41,190 nt of DNA from positions 1 to 41,190 of the forward strand of contig CAZBGM010000003.1 in the NCBI GenBank assembly GCA_964491505.1. The letters run 5' to 3'. The translations under genes were made by a program, and so were the position numbers. Of the stretch, positions 36,655 to 41,190 are shown piece by piece; position 1 is the first letter of the stretch; each line of letters starts with the position of its first letter. The notes beneath the pieces were generated by a model. That model searched no databases. It worked only from the letters and a program-made list of their open reading frames with translations, and had not been told where the DNA came from. Origin of the DNA: an uncultured Methanomicrobiaceae archaeon (GTDB lineage Archaea > Halobacteriota > Methanomicrobia > Methanomicrobiales > Methanomicrobiaceae).

Positions 36655-36969
36655 TTATAATAAACGCCAAACATCTTTAGGGATAGTCATCTCAAAGCGT
36701 GCCCCAGTTCCAAAAGTCCCGGTTTCAGCAATAGTAATACCAGTTATCACAAGAATCTCTTGGGAGAGAAAAAGACCCAAACCAGTGTTTTGTCCGAAGC
36801 CGCGTTTAAAAATCTGTTTTTTATCCTCTACACGAATGCCAATACCATCATCTTTATAGATGAGGATACACGCGCTGAAAGAATCGGATGCGTGATCAAA
36901 TCCAATTCTGTGGAAAACATGTTCATCATGCCGCAGAAATGGAGAGTTTTGGCTCTTTTTTCGGAAAAT
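36655..36969 (-). pseudogene. histidine kinase C-terminal remnant (HATPase_c only, no start codon)
   Basis: The minus-strand frame is open for 104 codons between stops and has no ATG/GTG/TTG near its 5' end. It encodes ...ILIYKDDGIGIRVEDKKQIFKRGFGQNTGLGLFLSQEILVITGITIAETGTFGTGARFEMTIPKDVWRLL. The G1 (DxGxG) and G2 (GxGLGL) boxes are present. No HisKA or sensor part lies upstream. Confidence 0.6.
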
Positions 36970-37075
36970 TTAAACAATCATACAAACCTTTTATATTCAG
37001 AGCAAAGATATTGTATTTCTGTTGTATTTATCTGATTCTGTTTCCAGACTAAATGAACACAAAGGAGAGAATATT

Positions 37076-37471
37076 TTGACATCTGGTGCAAAGATCCTTA
37101 TTGTAGAAGACGAAGCGATTACTGCGATGGGTATGGAACATGTCCTCACCTCGTGTGGTTATTCAGTTGTTGGCACAGCAGCACGGTGTGAGGAGGCGCT
37201 GGATATCTGTAATGAGACCAATCCGGATCTTATTCTCATGGACATCAATATTGAAGGCAACCATGACGGAATCGCCACCTGTCGGCACATCAAAAAACTC
37301 TACGATATACCGGTGATGTACATGACTGCCTATTCAACTGAAGAGATCAAAAAACGCGCTTTTGAGACAAAGCCCGAGCAATATCTTACCAAACCCATCA
37401 GACCCAAACAGCTCTGTAATATTCTTCATACGTTCTTTAATACCTCCCCAATTTCCGCAATAGAAACCTAA
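37076..37471 (+). CDS. stand-alone response regulator receiver (CheY-like)
   Basis: Receiver motifs ILIVEDE, LILMDINIEG (phospho-acceptor Asp) and YLTKP. I prefer the TTG at 37076, which is preceded by AAAGGAGAG, over the track TTG at 37022. No output domain. Confidence 0.8.
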   Translation: MTSGAKILIVEDEAITAMGMEHVLTSCGYSVVGTAARCEEALDICNETNPDLILMDINIEGNHDGIATCRHIKKLYDIPVMYMTAYSTEEIKKRAFETKPEQYLTKPIRPKQLCNILHTFFNTSPISAIET

Positions 37472-37721
37472 ACCGCCGGAAAATAGAAAATACTCCATTT
37501 TTTAACATAAATATAAACATCCCATTTTCTATGAAAATCACTTCGTGATTTATCATCAAACAGCACCTAAAACATTTGTTTCATGCACATTTTCTCCAGA
37601 CAACGATAGATAATCTGTTTCAGGTATTTTTTTAGAGAAATACGATTTCAGCAGGAAAAAAAGAATCCGGAAAAACATAAAAAACGAAAGAGCCATTTTC
37701 TGTATCGGTAAAGACTAATAC

Positions 37722-38723
37722 ATGATTGCGTCCCAATACCTGTTACCCTTCATAATTGCCGGTTGTGTACTCTTTTGTGGATGCAGCGCACCGATATCAG
37801 ATAACCGACAGACTGTCACATCTAGTGCGGTGGTAGAACCAATGACTGCTACTGAACTTGCCGAATTTTTAGGTGTTGCCGCTGACTATACTACGTCACA
37901 GGGAATTCCACAGGCCCTTAGTGTGTTTCAGAACCCCAATGGCACTTTTTCTCATGGCGATCTCTATATTTATGCCTATGATTTCAATGGCATCCTTCTT
38001 GCCCATCCTTATCAGCCTGATAAAGTCGGAACAGATCGCTCAGACTGGACTGATGCGAAGGGTCTGCCATTTGTAAAGGTTGCACAGTATGCAGCAGAAC
38101 AGGGTGATGGATTCATCGCCTATATGTACCCAGCTCCGGATGATGGCATAATTGACGAGAAGGCCATTGATCAATATGTTCCTAAGCTGGGTCATGTCAA
38201 AAAGATCAGCGACACCTGCTGGATTGGATCGGGCATCTATTTCAGTGATCTTGTTGATGCAGAAACCGGAAAACAACCCATAGATATTAGTGAATTGATT
38301 CTGTTTGTCGAGGAAGGAATTGCATATGCTCAAAAAACCGGAAAAGAACAGGCACTGGAGGCAATCGGCGACACCTCGGGCCCGTTCATTGACGGAGATC
38401 TTTACCTTTATGCCTACGACTATAATGGGACACTGCTTTCTCATCCCTATCTGAAAAATTCAGTCGGCACCAATCTCTACAACATGACCGGACCGTTTGG
38501 CGAACCAGTGATTCAGGCTCTTGCCACAACCGCTCAAAACGGTGGTGGCTATACCGTTTTCGGCTGGGAAAATCCTGCACATAACAATAGAAAGGAATTA
38601 AAATTGGGATATATTCTGCCGGTTGACGACAGATGGTGGCTTGGTTCTGGCATCTATCTTAGTGATATCACTGGAATAGATGATTCTGTCTATACACCCC
38701 AAACCTGGTCACTTTCAGAGTGA
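37722..38723 (+). CDS. extracytoplasmic lipoprotein with two tandem Cache (sCache_2-like) domains
   Basis: 333 aa. Signal peptide with Cys-rich lipobox region (AGCVLFCGCSA). Two internal repeats: GDLYIYAYDFNGILLAHPYQPDKVG...CWIGSGIYFSD and GDLYLYAYDYNGTLLSHPYLKNSVG...WWLGSGIYLSD. No TM helix or output domain after them. Confidence 0.7.
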   Translation: MIASQYLLPFIIAGCVLFCGCSAPISDNRQTVTSSAVVEPMTATELAEFLGVAADYTTSQGIPQALSVFQNPNGTFSHGDLYIYAYDFNGILLAHPYQPDKVGTDRSDWTDAKGLPFVKVAQYAAEQGDGFIAYMYPAPDDGIIDEKAIDQYVPKLGHVKKISDTCWIGSGIYFSDLVDAETGKQPIDISELILFVEEGIAYAQKTGKEQALEAIGDTSGPFIDGDLYLYAYDYNGTLLSHPYLKNSVGTNLYNMTGPFGEPVIQALATTAQNGGGYTVFGWENPAHNNRKELKLGYILPVDDRWWLGSGIYLSDITGIDDSVYTPQTWSLSE

Positions 38724-38866
38724 ATATCATCCTTTTGATGAGTCTTCCCTTCCTTTTTTGGCCAAAAAAACATTAACCGGATTTATTCTGCATAATTTCC
38801 ACAACAATGTGAATTCAGAAATTCTGAAATGTGGAATAGAGATACTGTCCACACCTAAAAATCAAA

Positions 38867-39802
38867 TCAGGGAAAAGGAAGTTCTGTCCGATTCTGATTT
38901 TTAATCGCTATCTTTGCAATTGCCAGATCCTGAATTGCAAGACCGGTTGAATCGAAGATGGTAATCTCATCCTGGCTGGTTCGCTTCTTCCTACCGAGCA
39001 CATATTCCCCCAGAATACCAGCAATGTTCTCAGGAGAAAAAAGACCTTCGCGAATAGGCACATTGATCTCTCCTGAATGAATGGCTTGTTTCGGTTCATC
39101 GACAATCACTGTGGCACGGGAAAGAAGAGCCGGGTCAAGTTCCTGTTTTCCTGCCGCATCGGCTCCGATTGCGTTAATGTGTGTACCAGCCAAGATCCAG
39201 TCATCCTGCACAACCGGCACTCGTGACGGCGTGGTTGTCACCAGCAGATCACAGTCGCATGCCTGTTCTGCCGATGAGGGTTTGCAGTCAAACTCAGGAA
39301 AAATTTTACAGAGCTTTTCAGCATTGTTCCTATCTCTACTCCAGACTTTTATCTGCTCAATCTCACACTCCAGCGCAGTCGCCCGCACCTGAGCCTGCGC
39401 CTGCCTACCGCTACCGATAAGACCCAACGTCACCGACCGCTTTGGTGCAAGATATTTGGCAGCAACTGCCCCTGCCGCCGCAGTACGAAGGTCCGTAAGC
39501 AACGTTGCATTAAGAATCGCCGTAGGATATCCTGTTGCCACATCCAGAAGAATCGTTAATGCCATCACCGTCGGGAGATCATGATCACGATTGTCCGGGT
39601 GAACGTTGACAATTTTTACTCCGGCAATTTCAAGAGAGGGGATGTAAGCAGGCATAGTCCGGAAATCACCCGTCGGAAAATCGATATAAACCTTGGGTGG
39701 CATCTGAATCGACCCGCGTGCATGCTCAGCAAAAGCCTCGTCAATGACATCGTTAACGGCCTGAAGATTCAAATCAGCTGCCGGAGCAGAGTAATAACGC
39801 AT
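38867..39802 (-). CDS. ornithine cyclodeaminase / mu-crystallin family protein (archaeal alanine dehydrogenase-like)
   Basis: 311 aa. Family pattern MPAYIP...GVKIVNVHP.N, LTDLRTAAAGAVAAKYLA, and Rossmann motif GLIGSGRQA. Confidence 0.8.
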   Translation of the reverse strand: MRYYSAPAADLNLQAVNDVIDEAFAEHARGSIQMPPKVYIDFPTGDFRTMPAYIPSLEIAGVKIVNVHPDNRDHDLPTVMALTILLDVATGYPTAILNATLLTDLRTAAAGAVAAKYLAPKRSVTLGLIGSGRQAQAQVRATALECEIEQIKVWSRDRNNAEKLCKIFPEFDCKPSSAEQACDCDLLVTTTPSRVPVVQDDWILAGTHINAIGADAAGKQELDPALLSRATVIVDEPKQAIHSGEINVPIREGLFSPENIAGILGEYVLGRKKRTSQDEITIFDSTGLAIQDLAIAKIAIKNQNRTELPFP

Positions 39803-39869
39803 AGAGGATTAGAGGATGAGAGATCATATGAATCTTATCAGTACCAAAAAATGTAGCCTGCTCAGATAA

Positions 39870-39879
39870 ACCAATTGGT
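39870..39879. promoter_or_regulatory. palindrome ACCAATTGGT upstream of the first ModA-like gene
   Basis: Perfect 10-bp palindrome 72-81 nt upstream of the ATG at 39951. It is nested inside a 10-bp inverted repeat CTCAGATAAA / TTTATCTGAG (39861..39870, 39918..39927). A related core lies upstream of the paralog at 41022..41035. Confidence 0.3.
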
Positions 39880-39950
39880 AAATCAGATGGTCTTTACCTG
39901 AGGTAAAAATAAAACATTTTTATCTGAGAAATTAAAACATATAAGCTATA

Positions 39951-40760
39951 ATGAATGGAAAATATGGCATTCTTTGTGTATTGCTATTGCTTGTCGCATC
40001 CTGTCTTTTTGTGGGATGTACGGGCCAGGCAGCTGAAACGACAACAGAAAAATCAGTAGACCTTATTGTCTATTGTGGTGCAGGACTTCGCGAACCGATG
40101 GAAGATATTGCGGCAGCCTACACAGCAGAAACCGGTAACGGAATCGATTTTATTTTTGGTGGCTCAAATACACTGCTCTCCCAGATGGAACTCATTGAGC
40201 AGGGCGATGTCTACATGCCTGGTGCAACGTACTATTTCGGTGCAGCTCAGGAAAAAGGATTTGTCAACGATTCTGAACTAATCTGCTATCATGTTCCGGT
40301 TATTACGACACCAAAAGGTAATCCGGAAAATATCCAGTCACTTGAAGATATGGGCAAAGAAGGAGTGACCCTTGAACTAGGTGATCCAAAAGCCTGCGCA
40401 ATCGGAAAACTCTCAAACAAGATTATTGAAAAGAACAAACTCAATGAGTCAATTTATCCAAATGTAGTGACCCGATCAGCGACCGTCAATGAACTGGTGC
40501 TGCATACTGCACTCGGTCAGGTAGATGGTGCTATCTGTTGGGAAGATCTGGTAAATGATGACGGAATGGAAATTATCTACATCCCAAATGAACAAAATAT
40601 TATTAAAATTGTACCGATTGGTTCACTAATCTTCTCAGAACACCCGGAAGAGGCACAGGAATTTGTAGACTTCACCGCATCTGAAAAGGGTCTGGCAATC
40701 TTTGAAGACAACGGTTTCACTTCTTATCCAAGTGACAAATTCATTAATGTAGAACCCTAA
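39951..40760 (+). CDS. ModA-like periplasmic-type substrate-binding lipoprotein (molybdate/tungstate family)
   Basis: 269 aa. Signal peptide plus lipobox LFVGCTG. Pattern VYCGAGLREPMEDIAAAY...FIFGGSNTLLSQME..GDVYMPGA parallels the ModA consensus (AAASL...SSGTLARQIE..AP.DLF.SA). Confidence 0.65.
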   Translation: MNGKYGILCVLLLLVASCLFVGCTGQAAETTTEKSVDLIVYCGAGLREPMEDIAAAYTAETGNGIDFIFGGSNTLLSQMELIEQGDVYMPGATYYFGAAQEKGFVNDSELICYHVPVITTPKGNPENIQSLEDMGKEGVTLELGDPKACAIGKLSNKIIEKNKLNESIYPNVVTRSATVNELVLHTALGQVDGAICWEDLVNDDGMEIIYIPNEQNIIKIVPIGSLIFSEHPEEAQEFVDFTASEKGLAIFEDNGFTSYPSDKFINVEP

Positions 40761-41021
40761 ATACTGGTGTGTTCAAAATACACATCTTTCCTGAAATTAG
40801 ATTCTGCTTAAGAATACTAATTCCAGAACACGAATTATTTTTTTTAAAAAAATGGAAACATTCAAAAATGAGAGAAATAATCTCAAACATTTCTCTATTT
40901 CTGTACCATTTCAGTTTATCCACCCGTAATATCCTTAAACACGTTATCCATTGCTTTACACGTATCATTTTTTTCAATACCTGACTGGAAAATAAAAATG
41001 TTCGCTTTTCTTCACTTTGGT

Positions 41022-41035
41022 AAACCAGTTGGTTT
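41022..41035. promoter_or_regulatory. dyad AAACCA-GT-TGGTTT upstream of the second ModA-like gene
   Basis: It shares the core AAACCARTTGGT with the site at 39867..39879. It lies 57-69 nt upstream of the ATG at 41091. It is flanked by the 7-bp inverted repeat ACTTTGG / CCAAAGT (41014..41020, 41045..41051). Confidence 0.3.
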
Positions 41036-41090
41036 TTACAATGTCCAAAGTAAAGCCTTTTATTAAATAAATTCGAACATATGTAACATA

Positions 41091-41190
41091 ATGAATCAGA
41101 AGTATGGCATTCTTTGTGTACTACTGCTCTTGGTTGCTTCCTGCTTCTTTGTGGGATGTACCGGTCAGAGCGGAAATGAACAGACTGACG
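41091..41190 (+). CDS. second ModA-like substrate-binding lipoprotein (5' fragment, runs off the window)
   Basis: MNQKYGILCVLLLLVASCFFVGCTGQSGNEQTD. The signal peptide and lipobox are nearly identical to the gene at 39951, in both protein and DNA. Confidence 0.6.
   Translation, partial: MNQKYGILCVLLLLVASCFFVGCTGQSGNEQTD

Noticed and set aside
36365-37035. Track ORFs 36365..36586 (-), 36494..36859 (+) and 36760..37035 (+).
   Set aside because: They are low-complexity, Lys/Ile/Phe-rich frames in an AT-rich degenerate region. The plus-strand ones are antisense to the histidine-kinase remnant.
38680-38904. 74-aa plus-strand ORF bridging the Cache gene end and the OCD-family gene end.
   Set aside because: It overlaps two well-supported genes at both ends and has no motif.
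40744-40984. Two overlapping ORFs of 71-77 aa on opposite strands between the ModA-like paralogs.
   Set aside because: The sequence is very AT-rich and the peptides are Ile/Phe/Lys/Asn-rich, typical of non-coding AT-rich DNA. The two frames are mutually exclusive and neither has a Shine-Dalgarno sequence.
1-41190. A search by eye for CRISPR arrays, transposase or integrase genes, terminal inverted repeats, toxin-antitoxin or defence modules, and tRNA-adjacent islands.
   Set aside because: None found. The only tandem repeat (11-bp units at 16117..16158) is far too short for CRISPR. Both tRNA genes are flanked by ordinary housekeeping genes with no integrase or direct-repeat att-like duplication that I could see.

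Overview
This window is a chromosomal segment of a methanogenic euryarchaeon. Gene content and order look Methanomicrobiales-like, but that placement is inference only. It holds about 50 densely packed protein genes on both strands, plus tRNA-Arg(GCG) and tRNA-Ser(UGA). Content is overwhelmingly housekeeping. Replication: PCNA, PriL, DnaG. Division: FtsZ. Chromatin and translation: Alba, S17e, RlmE. Asp/Lys pathway: dapA, dapB, asd. Arg pathway: argF, argG. Nucleotides: pyrC, pyrE, purD. Cofactors: moaA, cobD, cobY, a ThiN-like protein, a RimK/MptN-like ligase. Hydrogenase maturation: hypC-hypA-hypE. Ether lipids: an MJ0619/Tes-family radical SAM enzyme and carS. I saw no CRISPR array, transposase, integrase or recognisable defence gene, so this reads as core genome, not an island. 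The ORF track starts some frames at TTG/GTG, and I trimmed several N-terminal extensions to better-supported starts. The most interesting items are small and fall below the 60-aa ORF-track cut-off. (1) A 58-codon ribbon-helix-helix gene lies upstream of ftsZ (CdrS-type). (2) A 49-codon ORF exactly fills the cdrS-ftsZ spacer. (3) Four TGTCYGACA dyads repeat every 11 bp just upstream of cdrS. (4) A 57-aa 2x[4Fe-4S] ferredoxin sits between dapB and asd. Also worth a look: an uncharacterised operon of a 495-aa ASKHA/reactivase-like protein with two tiny partners; a histidine-kinase remnant beside an orphan receiver and an output-less double-Cache lipoprotein; the Tes / ATP-grasp / carS neighbourhood; and tandem ModA-like binding-protein paralogs with dyad-rich upstream regions. 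All family assignments rest on motifs read by eye and need HMM or BLAST confirmation.
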